64,000 bases of DNA from an uncultured Candidatus Rokubacteria bacterium (GTDB taxonomy: Bacteria > Methylomirabilota > Methylomirabilia > Rokubacteriales > DASRDR01): the NCBI GenBank assembly GCA_963805625.1, contig CAWDVE010000019.1:32001-96000 (forward strand), written 5' to 3'. Position 1 is the first letter of the stretch; each line of letters starts with the position of its first letter. The position numbers and the translations under genes were made by a program. Under the pieces are notes generated by a model. It was not told the origin of the DNA and did not search any database. It saw nothing but the letters and a program-made list of their open reading frames with translations. This document shows positions 39,420 to 49,167 of the stretch, in pieces.

Positions 39420-41438
39420 ATGAGAGCCCTCGCGCCCTTTGAGGCGGTTGGGCGCGCGATGAACCGTGTCTGGCGCTCCCCGCACGCCTCCACTCGGCTC
39501 GGTATCGCGCTGATTGTCATCGCGATGGCGGCGGCCGGGATCGGCCGACCGGTGCTTTTCAACCTGGCCGCCGAGGATCCCAGCCGGTCGGTCCGCCGGT
39601 TTGTCACGGGCACGTCGGAGGTCGAGGTCACGTCCCAGATGCCCTGGTCCCGCGTGCCCGCCGTGCTGCCGGGGCCGGCCGACGCGTGGGCCGGTGGATC
39701 GGCCCACGCAATCGTCGTGCGCCTCTCGCTCCGAGCCCCTCGAGCGCTCCTCCTCTATGTCCGGACGAGTCGAGCGCGGCCGCACGAAATCCCGGCCGCC
39801 CCGGCACCAACCGGGGACTCGCTCGCCCATCTGCGGCTTCTGGTGAACGGGATGAGCGTCGCGACCTTCGAGGCGCCCGGCATGGGCAGCTCTCCCGCTG
39901 CCAAGGCGTCGCGGACGCCTCGCCGAATCACGCTAGCCATCCCGGCCACCGCGCTCGGCAGTCTCGCGCCAGCGAAGATCGCCCTGGTCAACGACGGCGG
40001 GCCCGGCGTGGCGCTCCAGCAAGCTCGTCTCGTCGAAGCGTCTCCCTCGTTCTCCTTGAGTCACGTCATGCGCCGCAGCCGGTTCCCGGCCGTGAGCGCC
40101 GCGCTCCTGGCCATGGGCCTCGGTCTCCTGCTTCGGGGGCGGCTCCAGGGCACGGACGACGGGCCCGGGAGGCATCGGTGGCGCCGGGCCCTCGGCCCCG
40201 GGCTCGGTGTCCTGCTCCTGGCTCTGGCCGTCGCCGCCTCCTCGGTCACGCGCAGCGTTCCCCGGGGGGCCTGGCTGCTTCTGATCCTGATCCTGCTGCC
40301 GATGGGCCGGCGACGCGCCCGGCCGGTCGCTGCCCGCCGCGCGCCGGCCACCGGGCTGGCCCGGGTGGTCGGCAACGCCCTGCTCGTGATCTCCGCGCTC
40401 GCCGTCTCCCTCGTCGCGGGGGAGTTCGCGTTGCGGGTGGCGTTCGGCGACGAGTCCTGGGCGCAGCGCGTGCTGCAATTCTCGCCCCCGAACCCCCCGA
40501 AGCGTAGTCATTTCAATTCACTTGGCTTCGACGAGCGGGAGTTCCCGCTCGAGAAGTCACCCGGGGTCTACCGGATCGCGATCCTGGGCGACTCCCTGTC
40601 GGTGAGCGCTCCACGAGCCCAGCGCTTCGGGAGCGTGATCGCTGAGCGCCTGAACGCGCGCGCCCCGCGGCCTGTCGCCTACGAGGTCCTGAGTTTCGGC
40701 AAGGGTGGCGCGGACACGAACGAAGAGACCGAGATCCTTCAGCGCGCGGTCTGGCGCACCCAACCGGACTTCGTGCTCCTCGAATGGTACGTGAACGACC
40801 TCGAGAACGGGAACCACACCGAGCGCCCGCCGATCTACTTCTTGCTGTCCGGCGAGACGGCGGCCACGCGGTGGCTCCGGCGCGTCACCGACCGGACGCT
40901 GCTCCACTCGATGCTCCAGCAGCAATTCGAGGTCGCGCAGGAGCGTCTCGGGTTCGTCGAGACCTACCCCGCGTACATGCATCGACTGTTCGGCGATCCC
41001 GCGAGTCCGCACTGGGAGGAGGCCGCCTTCGAGCTCCGGAACTTCATCCGCGAGTGCCGGGCGCATCAGACCCCGGTCGCCATCGCTCTGTTCCCGCACT
41101 TGAGCGCCGGCTTGCCGGCCGGCACGTACGAGTTCACCGAGCTCCACGACCAGGTCCTGGAGCTCTGCCGCATGGAGTCGGTCCCGTGCGTGGACCTGCG
41201 GTCGACGTTTGCGGCGTACCCCGACTACACGAGCCTATGGGTCCACCGGTTCGATCCCCATCCAAACGCGCGGGCGCACCGGCTCGCGGCGGAGCGGCTC
41301 ATGGAGGTCTTTGGACCGCTTTGGCTCGACGCGGGGCGCGCCCACGCCGGCGGCCCGCCCGATGAGGACGCCGCTCGTCCGCGCGTCAGCCGAGGCGCCG
41401 CACGGGATTCCGCAGCGTCCCGATCCCGTCGATCGTGA
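39420..41438 (+). CDS. membrane protein with C-terminal SGNH/GDSL hydrolase domain
   Basis: Several TMs; NSLGF, ILGDS, YVND, DPHPN. Confidence 0.8.
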   Translation: MRALAPFEAVGRAMNRVWRSPHASTRLGIALIVIAMAAAGIGRPVLFNLAAEDPSRSVRRFVTGTSEVEVTSQMPWSRVPAVLPGPADAWAGGSAHAIVVRLSLRAPRALLLYVRTSRARPHEIPAAPAPTGDSLAHLRLLVNGMSVATFEAPGMGSSPAAKASRTPRRITLAIPATALGSLAPAKIALVNDGGPGVALQQARLVEASPSFSLSHVMRRSRFPAVSAALLAMGLGLLLRGRLQGTDDGPGRHRWRRALGPGLGVLLLALAVAASSVTRSVPRGAWLLLILILLPMGRRRARPVAARRAPATGLARVVGNALLVISALAVSLVAGEFALRVAFGDESWAQRVLQFSPPNPPKRSHFNSLGFDEREFPLEKSPGVYRIAILGDSLSVSAPRAQRFGSVIAERLNARAPRPVAYEVLSFGKGGADTNEETEILQRAVWRTQPDFVLLEWYVNDLENGNHTERPPIYFLLSGETAATRWLRRVTDRTLLHSMLQQQFEVAQERLGFVETYPAYMHRLFGDPASPHWEEAAFELRNFIRECRAHQTPVAIALFPHLSAGLPAGTYEFTELHDQVLELCRMESVPCVDLRSTFAAYPDYTSLWVHRFDPHPNARAHRLAAERLMEVFGPLWLDAGRAHAGGPPDEDAARPRVSRGAARDSAASRSRRS

Positions 41439-41460
41439 TGCTCACGACGTACCCCGGCGC
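41386..41460 (-). pseudogene. fumarylacetoacetate hydrolase family, C-terminal tail
   Basis: PGYVVSITIDGIGTLRNPV. Confidence 0.55.
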
Positions 41461-41576
41461 CACTGCGCTGGCATAGGGCATGAGCTGGAAGTCCTTGGCA
41501 GCCGCGGCACGACAACCATGACTTCGCTCAGCCCTTGTCGTACTCGTAGCACCAGCCCGTAAAACCCAGATCGTTC

Positions 41577-42302
41577 TTATTTGTACTTGTCGTGATAACG
41601 GACCCAATATTGTCCCCGGTTGCCCTCGTCGCGCCCTTTGGGAACCAGATCGAGAAGGTGATAGGTGCCGTTCAGGATATCGATGCCCCGCGCGTAGGTG
41701 GAGTAGGTATGATAGACGTCGCCGCGCCGGTCCTTATAGAACACGCTCGCTCCTTCGCGGTCCGTGAAGCCGGCGCTGGTTTTCTCATAGTTGAAGAACG
41801 CCGTCCCCTTCCGGTTTTCCTCCGGCGTGAACGACGCATAGAAGTCATAGTTGAAATCGCTGCCGCCCGAGGAGAGCCACTTGAACTTCCAGCCCATGCG
41901 TGTCTGGAACTTCTTGATCTTGGCGAAGGGGGCTCGGGAAATGGCCACCAAGGTCGTGTCACGATGATTCAGATGAACCTGCGCGCCGTCGTAGTGGTCG
42001 GCCCAGAACGAGCAGTGCGGGCAGCCGGCACTCCATTCCGGGGGGAACATGAAGTGGTACACGATCAGCTGGCTGCGTGTTCCGAAGAGCGCGGACAGCG
42101 TTTCTTTTCCGTTCGGCCCGTCGAAGACGTAGGCTTTGTCCACTTTCACCCAGGGGAGACTGCGCCGATCCCGGTTCAAGCGATCGCCCAGGCGGGTGTA
42201 CCGTTTCTCCCTGGCCAGGAGGGCCCTGCGGGCCGCGAGCCACTGCCGCTCCGAAACGACCTTGTGGTTGTGCACTTTTCCGTCGGCGTGGATCGTGGGC
42301 AT
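41577..42302 (-). CDS. DUF899 thioredoxin-like protein
   Basis: LIVYHFMF, GCPHCS, SDFNYDF, HTYSTYARG, PKGRDE. Confidence 0.92.
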   Translation of the reverse strand: MPTIHADGKVHNHKVVSERQWLAARRALLAREKRYTRLGDRLNRDRRSLPWVKVDKAYVFDGPNGKETLSALFGTRSQLIVYHFMFPPEWSAGCPHCSFWADHYDGAQVHLNHRDTTLVAISRAPFAKIKKFQTRMGWKFKWLSSGGSDFNYDFYASFTPEENRKGTAFFNYEKTSAGFTDREGASVFYKDRRGDVYHTYSTYARGIDILNGTYHLLDLVPKGRDEGNRGQYWVRYHDKYK

Positions 42303-42314
42303 GGCGAACTCCCT

Positions 42315-42863
42315 TTAGGCCGGCCGCTCGATGGCGCGGCTCAGGTCCAGTCTGAGTTTCTGTTCCCAAGAGGGGAACGTGATTGTGCCGCTGTCGCCTT
42401 CGGGCCCCTCGCGCTGTTGCTCCTCGGTGAACCGGACGTTGAAGTCGCTGCCGAGCGAGGACGCCCAGGGAAACGTCCACCCCATCCGCCGCTTGTACGC
42501 CTGCAGCTTCGCGAGCGGCGCCCGCGACACCGCCGAAAGCGTGACGTCGTGGTTGGCCAGGTGGACGACGAAACCGGCGAACCCGTCCGCGATCGCCGAG
42601 CAGGACGGACACCCCGCCGTGTAGTCGGGCCCGAACATGAAGTGGTAGACGAGGAGCTGCGAGCGCCCTCGGAAGAGGTCTGCCAGCGAGGCGCTCCCCT
42701 TGTCGGTCTCGAATCGATATGCCTTGTCGATCCGCACCCACGGCAGCGCCTGCCGCCGCCGCGCCAGCTCGTCACTGCGCCGCGTGAGCTCCTTCTCCGC
42801 CTCGAGCAGCTCGCGCCGCGCTGCGAGCCACTCTTTCCGTGTCCCGGTCAGGTGCTTCGTCAT
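42315..42863 (-). pseudogene. second DUF899 copy, internally deleted with a foreign C-terminus
   Basis: GCPSCS..SDFN directly followed by VRFTEEQQREG, then an unrelated tail; HTYS/GR motifs lost. Confidence 0.7.
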
Positions 42864-43597
42864 CGCTCTTCTCTCCTTCGGGTGTCCTTCGTCGTTCGTG
42901 TCGACGGGGCCCGAGTAGACGCCGAAGACCGAGGTGCCCTGCGCCCCGAGGAGGGCTTGCGCACGGCGCGCACCGTGCCGCTGGTGCCCCCGCCGCAGTA
43001 GAAGACGCCGGCGCCGTCGGCCTCGAGGCCGGTCACGGCGACGCCGGCGGGCATCTCGAGTCGCTCGAGGACCTCGCCCGTCTCCGGATCGATGCGGCGG
43101 AGATCGCTCTGCTCGCCCTCCAGGGTGCCGTGCCAGAGCTCGCCGTTCACCCAGGAGACGCCGGTGACGAAGCGATCCGATTCGATCGTGCGCAGGATGG
43201 CGCCGGTCGCGGCGTCGATCTGGTGGATCTTGCGGGCGCGGTACTCGCCGACCCAGAGCGTCCCCTCGGCCCAGGTCAGGCCCGAGTCGCGGCCGTGGGC
43301 CGGCGCCGGGATGGTGGCCACGACCTGCCCCGAGCGCGGATCGACCTTCTGGATCCGGTCGGCGGCGAGCTGCCAGAGGTATTCGCCGTCGAAGGCGGTG
43401 CCGGCGTCGGCGGCGACGGCGAGCTCGCGGACCAGCGCGCCGCCGCCGGGATCGAGGGCGACGAGGCTCTCGCCGCGGGCGAACCAGACGTGGGCTCCGT
43501 CGACGGTCACGCCGTGGACGTGGTCGATGCCGGGATAGGGGCCGTACTCGCGGAGGATCTCCGCCTGCCGGACCTTGGTCGTGCGCGTCCTCGCCAT
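42860..43597 (-). CDS. glutamine cyclotransferase-like beta-propeller protein
   Basis: VHGVT, AGTAFDG, DSGLTWAEG, SDRFVTGV, FYCGGG. Confidence 0.8.
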   Translation of the reverse strand: MARTRTTKVRQAEILREYGPYPGIDHVHGVTVDGAHVWFARGESLVALDPGGGALVRELAVAADAGTAFDGEYLWQLAADRIQKVDPRSGQVVATIPAPAHGRDSGLTWAEGTLWVGEYRARKIHQIDAATGAILRTIESDRFVTGVSWVNGELWHGTLEGEQSDLRRIDPETGEVLERLEMPAGVAVTGLEADGAGVFYCGGGTSGTVRAVRKPSSGRRAPRSSASTRAPSTRTTKDTRRREER

Positions 43598-43606
43598 GAC
43601 CCGAGA

Positions 43607-44833
43607 CTACCCAACTGGCAGCGCGCCCGGGAGTAACAAGGTTGTCGCGAATCCGCCGAGCGGCGGCGCGAGCCAGCGGCGGGAGCGACCGCGGCCGACG
43701 GCGCGCACCGCCGCCGCGTCTTCGAGCGGGCGCAGCGCGCGCTGGACGGTGCGCTGGCTCGAGCCGAGCGCACACGCGAGCGCCGAGGTCGACCACGCCT
43801 CGCCGCCCTCGAGCAGGGCGAGGATGGCACCGGCAGGACCGTCGATCGGCGGCGCCAGCACGACGACGGCAGGGGCGCCGATGGGGACGAGCGCGAAGCC
43901 GCGCCGGGTCGCCTCGATGCGGGCAAGCGGGCGCAGGGCGGCGCGCAGGCGGCCGAGCTCGACGCGGAGCCGGGCGCGGTACGACTCGTCGGCGGCGCGC
44001 GTCTCGAAGGCGCGCTCGACGAGGCGATCGCGCGGCACGTCGGCCGGCCAGGCCTCGGCGAGCGCGCCGACGAGGGCGAACAGGACCGGGCGTCCGGCGA
44101 GCGGGACGGAGCGCGCCGGGCCGCGCACGGCGCGCCGGCAGGCGTCGACGACGAGGTCGCCGGACGCGAACAGGGCCTCGACCTCGTCGAGGCGGATCGG
44201 CCGGACCACGCCGCCGCGGATGAGGCGGGCCGACGGCGCCGATAGGGCGCGCCGGGCCCGGCCGATCTCGGCGACCAGGGCCGGGATGCCGGCGGCGAGG
44301 GCGGCGGCGTGGGCGCGGCTGAGCGCGGCGGCGGCGTCCGCGACGCGGACGCGGCGGAGCGCGAGCTCGGCGCGGGTGAGCTCGGCGCGGGCCGCGAGCG
44401 GCGGCGGCGCGCCGGCGGCGTCGACGTCGACCGCGGCGAGCGTCTGCTCGGCGGCCTCGAGCTCGCCGACGAGGAGCTGGCGGCGCGCCCCGACGAGGCG
44501 GGCGTGGAGCGCGTTGGCTCGATCACCGAGCGCGTCGAGCGCCTGGGCGGCGGCGTCGAGCGCGCGCACCGGACCGCTCAGATCGCGCGCCGCGAGCGCG
44601 ACCTCGGCCTCGGCGATCTGGCAGCGCGCCTGGGCGAGGCGCTCGCGGGTGCCGAAGCCGCGGGCGGCGCGCCGGAGGAGCTTGCGCGCCCGGTCGTAGT
44701 CGCCGAGCTGGGCCATGGCGATGCCGCGCAGGGCGAGGGCCGGCGGGTCGTCGCGCAGCGCGACGCGCTTCAGTGCGGCGAGCGGATCACCCGCCGCCAG
44801 CGCGCGCGCGGCCGAGGCGACGAGGGAGTCCAT
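43607..44833 (-). CDS. helix-turn-helix domain transcriptional regulator
   Basis: GDPLAALKRVALRDDPPALALRG; C-terminal WSTSALA..SQRTVQRAL HTH; typical neighbour of DUF899 and the propeller gene. Confidence 0.82.
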   Translation of the reverse strand: MDSLVASAARALAAGDPLAALKRVALRDDPPALALRGIAMAQLGDYDRARKLLRRAARGFGTRERLAQARCQIAEAEVALAARDLSGPVRALDAAAQALDALGDRANALHARLVGARRQLLVGELEAAEQTLAAVDVDAAGAPPPLAARAELTRAELALRRVRVADAAAALSRAHAAALAAGIPALVAEIGRARRALSAPSARLIRGGVVRPIRLDEVEALFASGDLVVDACRRAVRGPARSVPLAGRPVLFALVGALAEAWPADVPRDRLVERAFETRAADESYRARLRVELGRLRAALRPLARIEATRRGFALVPIGAPAVVVLAPPIDGPAGAILALLEGGEAWSTSALACALGSSQRTVQRALRPLEDAAAVRAVGRGRSRRWLAPPLGGFATTLLLPGALPVG

Positions 44834-45095
44834 GTCGCCGAGGATACATGCCGATCCAGTGCGGCGCGCACCTCGATACGGATAAGGACACGCGTCGAGG
44901 CCCGAATTCAGGCCAAGCCCGCGCTGCGCCTGCGTGCGCCGCGGTCGGCGGGGCGGGCGCCAGCGTTGCGATGGCGAGCAGACACAACGTCTCGTTAGGA
45001 GAATCCATGTCCGAGGCTAGTCAACATAAAGTCCCTTCTTGGCCGTTTCCCCGTCCCCAAGGGGGGCCGCGCAAGCGCCGCCCGCGCGGACGCGC

Positions 45096-45527
45096 CTACC
45101 GCTGGCGCGCCTCGATCGTCCTGCGCAGCTCCTCTTCCTGCTTGCGCAGCTCGGGCGTGAACTCCTTGCCGAAGTCCTCGGCCTCGAACACCGGGCGGAC
45201 CTCGATGATGCTCTCCTCGCCGGGCATCGGGTCGGGGCACCGCTTCAGCCACTCCATCGCCTCCTCCAGCGACTTCACCTGCCAGAGCCAGAAGCCGGCG
45301 ATCAGCTCCTTCGTCTCCGCGAAGGGACCGTCGATCACGATCTTCTTCCCGCCGGTGAACTTCACGCGCTTGCCCCTCGAGCTGGGGTGGAGCCCCTCGC
45401 CCGCGAGCATCACGCCGGCCTTCACCAGCTCCTCGTTGTACTTCCCCATCGCGGTCAGGAGCTTCTCGTCCGGAAGGACGCCCGCCTCGGAGTTCTTCGT
45501 CGCCTTCACGATCACCATCACGCGCAT
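45096..45527 (-). CDS. YciI/DGPF family protein
   Basis: GEGLHPSS, DGPFAETKELIAGFW. Confidence 0.93.
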   Translation of the reverse strand: MRVMVIVKATKNSEAGVLPDEKLLTAMGKYNEELVKAGVMLAGEGLHPSSRGKRVKFTGGKKIVIDGPFAETKELIAGFWLWQVKSLEEAMEWLKRCPDPMPGEESIIEVRPVFEAEDFGKEFTPELRKQEEELRRTIEARQR

Positions 45528-45576
45528 CGTCGTCTCTCCTTCGGTGTGGCCGGTTCAACCCGGCCTACACTATCAA

Positions 45577-45603
45577 GTCGAATGAGCGACCGCGAGATCG
45601 ACA
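45577..45603 (-). promoter_or_regulatory. ECF sigma (ECF42-type) promoter
   Basis: TGTCGA-N17-CGAC upstream of a DGPF gene, matching the recalled ECF42/DGPF consensus. Confidence 0.55.
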
Positions 45604-45750
45604 TGGGCAGCGCATTCCCCGGCACGCTTCTAGCGCTCCGCGTGTCAGGCGGCGCATTTTTCTTTGAATTTCCTCGCGGATACGGAGAGTAGTCGACGTG
45701 AAGGCCCTTCTCGGTGCTCGCGCCCGCTACTCGTGCCGGCCAAATCAACG

Positions 45751-46074
45751 CTAGGGGCGGACCTCGACGTGGGTGACGAGGTTGCGTCCTCCGTCCACGT
45801 TGTAGCGCAGCATCACGGGGACGCCAGCCTGTAGGAGGTCCCAGCTCGGGACCACGGGGGGAGGGACGACATACTCCTGCCCGTTGTCGAGCCTGATGGT
45901 GCGTCCCTGCTGGTCCACGCGGCTGATCCGCCCCTCGACGACATCTCCCTGCACGACGCCCCGCATGGTGAGGCTCGGGGGGGCGGCCGAGGGCTGGGCG
46001 CTCGCGAGGCTGCCGGTGCCCGCTGCCAACAGCCCGCCCAGTATGACGAACGTCTCACGCACGCCAGATTTCAT
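45751..46074 (-). CDS. small secreted DUF1344-like beta-barrel protein
   Basis: Signal peptide; EGRISRVD..TIRLDNGQEY..LQAGVPV; RBS GGAGG. Confidence 0.7.
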   Translation of the reverse strand: MKSGVRETFVILGGLLAAGTGSLASAQPSAAPPSLTMRGVVQGDVVEGRISRVDQQGRTIRLDNGQEYVVPPPVVPSWDLLQAGVPVMLRYNVDGGRNLVTHVEVRP

Positions 46075-46101
46075 GTCGAAGCCCTCCGAGCTTCCGTTCT
46101 G

Positions 46102-46117
46102 AGCAAGCCCTGTGCCG
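46102..46117 (-). promoter_or_regulatory. sigma-54 -24/-12 promoter
   Basis: CGGCACAGGGCTTGCT, about 30 bp upstream of the ATG. Confidence 0.7.
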
Positions 46118-46153
46118 TTCGGAGACCGCAGCAGAACCCGATAGAGGCGACGA

Positions 46154-48817
46154 CTATCGGACGGGCGCGACCTCCGGCCGGACCTGCGCGGCAGCGCTCG
46201 AGAGCGCCTGCCGTAGCATCGACTTCGCGCGATCGATGGGAATGGCGAACCCGCCCCGCAACCTCTCGTCCATGACGTGGACGTCGGTGGTGGCGATGCC
46301 GACGACCTGGCCGCGCAGGTCGACCAGGGGACTCCCGACGGACTCCGCCGAGATCGGCGCGTCGATGGCCAGGTTGCCGCCCGTCGCGGAGCCAGTGGCG
46401 CGGATAGTGGCACGGGTAGTCGCCGGCAGCTGGGTTGCCGACCGCCAACCGACGATGATCGCAGGATCGCCAACTCGCAGCCCGCCCGACTGACCGAGCG
46501 GGAGCGCCGCCGGCAGGCCAGTCCCCTCGATCCTCAACACCGCCACACCGGCAAGCTGATCCCGCCATACCTGCTTCACGGGGAGGGTCCGGCCATCGGC
46601 GAGCGCAACCATCAGTATGCTCCCCTCGCGGATCAGGTGATCATGCGTGAGCACATAGCCTCGCCCATCGACCAGGAATCCGAGCCCCGCTTCCGGCGCG
46701 GGCCGTCCGGCCGTAGCCGCCTTTCGGCCATCCGGCGGCGCGAGCAGGATGCGGACGACCGCGGGGCCGACGCTGTCGATCCCCTGCAACGACGCCGTGG
46801 GCGACGGCCCAGGTCGTCTCGAGTCCGTGCCCACGCCCGACCGGCCAATGGCGGCGTCGCCCGGCCGCACTGAGGCGAGGGCAGCCCGCGGTCCACCGGG
46901 GGACCCCGGCGGAGGCGCGCCGCGGATTCCGAGGCTGCTGGGAGACTCCTGCAGCGAGGACTCGGGGACGGACGCGGACGGACGGGTTGCGACGACCGCC
47001 CCCTGTGCTGGTGGGGTTAGACGGGGGGCCGCGGATCCTGGCTCGTCGCTCGGCGTGCCTAGTGTGCTAGACGGGGCTGAGGGCGCGGGGGCCGCGGGCC
47101 CTTGCTTGTCGCTCGGCGTGCCGGATGCGCCGGACATGGGGGGCGCGGCGGGTCCTGCTTTGGCGCTGAACGTCCCGGATGGGGCGGCGGATGGGGGCGC
47201 GACCGCGGGCCCGTCGCTCGATGAAGGCATGCTCAACGGGCCGCGCGCGACGATGGGGGGCGATGCCGCGACGGCTGCCTTGTCGTTCGGAGCCGCGGGC
47301 GCGGGGTCGGCGGCCGAGCCATCGGGGACTCGCGGCTTCGGGGGTGGCACGGGCGGCGGGGGCAGCGCGACGATCACCGATCCCGGCGCAGGCCACGGTC
47401 TAGAGGGCAGAGGTGGCGGGGGATCGCCGGGGCTCGGAATGGGACGCGCCACGGGCGCCGCTCCAGGAGAAGGCGTCGATTCTGCGGTCTTCTCGCCTGG
47501 CGCCACGGGTGGCCTCTCGCTCGGGCGAGTGACGCCGCTCGACGCGCCTGACAACCCGGAGGCGGCTAACGGAGCGGCTCCGCCGGTGCCTCCGGCCGGG
47601 GCCTCCCGCAACGGTATCGGCGCGGATGGCTGTGTCTCCGGTCTTCGCGGTGTGGCGGTGCTCTCCCGATTGGCTGCGGCGGGCGGCGGGACGGTGCCGC
47701 TCGCGGGGCCGGACGGGCGCGACGGCGGAGGCGGCACCGGCTCCAGCCGCGCGATCTGGGACTCGGCAGTGCGCGGCGCCGGAGCGATCCGCGGAGCGTC
47801 GCGCTCGGGCCCGCGGCTCGGAGATGCGGGCGCCGTCTCCCGTTGGCCGCGTGGCGCCGGGGAGACCCGCTCCGCTCCATGCGATGGGCTCACGGGGCCC
47901 GCGGGAGGCACGGACTCAGGGGAAGCTGCCTGGGGGTCGTTCCCGGAAGGAACCTCATTGACCGCAGACGCCGTGTCAGTAGCCGGCGAGCGCTCGTCCG
48001 CGCCGGTACCCGGCGGGAGCTCAGCCAAGTCGGCGGCTGGCCCACGCTCGGTTGATGGCGTGGCCCGCGTCGGGTCCCCGGCGCGACTCTCGGTAGACGG
48101 GCGCGGGCTCACCGATGACCAGTCGCGGGGTGCGCCGGGTAGCGCCCCCGGGGCCCGTTGCGCCAAGCGATCCAGAGATCCCGTGGACTGGAGGAGTGAC
48201 CACGCGATCGGCAGCAGAACTATGCCCGCGACGGCGGCCGCGAGTGCAGAGCGTGCGAGCTGTGTGCGGCCGCGTCGCCCCTCGCATACGGGACACCGGA
48301 TGAACTCGGAAACCGTCGGCGCCACGCATGGCTTATCGTGACGCCAGCGGCTGCGACAGGCCGGGCACGCGTGTAGATGGCTCCCCCGGCTCGCCACCAC
48401 CGCCGATGGGTCGTCGGAGAGGGGCATGCACCACGGGCAACCAGCAATCGGCGCCAGGACACACCGACCCTTGTGGCTCCAAGTGGCGTCGCAGAAGCCG
48501 CAGCGGTGATCGTGGGGCCCGCGGAGAAGTAGCTCGTCCCGACCGGAGCACAGCGGGCACGCCGCCGCGTCGAGGGTGCCAGCATCTCCTCCCGCGGCGC
48601 TACCGAGTCGTTCATAGACGGCATCGACCGGCAACTTGCACCCTGGCGCCGTGGGGCCGGCGTGAAACCACCGGTGATGATTCTGGCAGCGATGCCGATG
48701 CCCTTCCTCGAGCCTCGCCGACTCCGCGCCCACGGTCTCTGGGTCGAGCCGGGCGCCCGCTGCCGCACGACGCGGTCCCGCGGGGGGGCTTGAACGCTCA
48801 CGGAGGCGAGGAGCCAT
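46154..48817 (-). CDS. membrane protein: 3x Cys/His repeat, TM, Pro-rich linker, degenerate trypsin-like domain
   Basis: HxHxCxxCxxxWxHxxxC..CPxC repeats; GLGFLV..LTHDH..ISAESVGSPLV. Confidence 0.75.
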   Translation of the reverse strand: MAPRLRERSSPPAGPRRAAAGARLDPETVGAESARLEEGHRHRCQNHHRWFHAGPTAPGCKLPVDAVYERLGSAAGGDAGTLDAAACPLCSGRDELLLRGPHDHRCGFCDATWSHKGRCVLAPIAGCPWCMPLSDDPSAVVASRGSHLHACPACRSRWRHDKPCVAPTVSEFIRCPVCEGRRGRTQLARSALAAAVAGIVLLPIAWSLLQSTGSLDRLAQRAPGALPGAPRDWSSVSPRPSTESRAGDPTRATPSTERGPAADLAELPPGTGADERSPATDTASAVNEVPSGNDPQAASPESVPPAGPVSPSHGAERVSPAPRGQRETAPASPSRGPERDAPRIAPAPRTAESQIARLEPVPPPPSRPSGPASGTVPPPAAANRESTATPRRPETQPSAPIPLREAPAGGTGGAAPLAASGLSGASSGVTRPSERPPVAPGEKTAESTPSPGAAPVARPIPSPGDPPPPLPSRPWPAPGSVIVALPPPPVPPPKPRVPDGSAADPAPAAPNDKAAVAASPPIVARGPLSMPSSSDGPAVAPPSAAPSGTFSAKAGPAAPPMSGASGTPSDKQGPAAPAPSAPSSTLGTPSDEPGSAAPRLTPPAQGAVVATRPSASVPESSLQESPSSLGIRGAPPPGSPGGPRAALASVRPGDAAIGRSGVGTDSRRPGPSPTASLQGIDSVGPAVVRILLAPPDGRKAATAGRPAPEAGLGFLVDGRGYVLTHDHLIREGSILMVALADGRTLPVKQVWRDQLAGVAVLRIEGTGLPAALPLGQSGGLRVGDPAIIVGWRSATQLPATTRATIRATGSATGGNLAIDAPISAESVGSPLVDLRGQVVGIATTDVHVMDERLRGGFAIPIDRAKSMLRQALSSAAAQVRPEVAPVR

Positions 48818-49050
48818 GGGTGATGGAGGCGTTCAATTGCTGTGCCGATGGCCGAGGTCGGATTCAGGGGCCGTTCGGCGGGGAGGCATCGGCCGTGAGA
48901 GCAGGCGCCACGCCTAGGGACGTCATGATGTCGTTGGAACGACAACTCGTCACCGCGGCCGCCGTTAGCAAAGCGTCCGACCACGGGCGTGCGCCGGTCC
49001 TTCCCCGACCCGGCGCCATGGCAGCCCGATCGAGCGCGTAGCCGCGGCAG

Positions 49051-49066
49051 TGGTACCCGGGTTGCA
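49051..49066 (+). promoter_or_regulatory. sigma-54 -24/-12 promoter
   Basis: TGGTACCCGGGTTGCA. Confidence 0.6.
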
Positions 49067-49167
49067 AAGATGGTCCCGTATTGTCGGACACGACCCAAAT
49101 GCGTCACGTGGCTCGACCCCGCCCCAGTGCTGATCGGATCACCGCGTGCGCGCTTCGGAGGCCCGGC

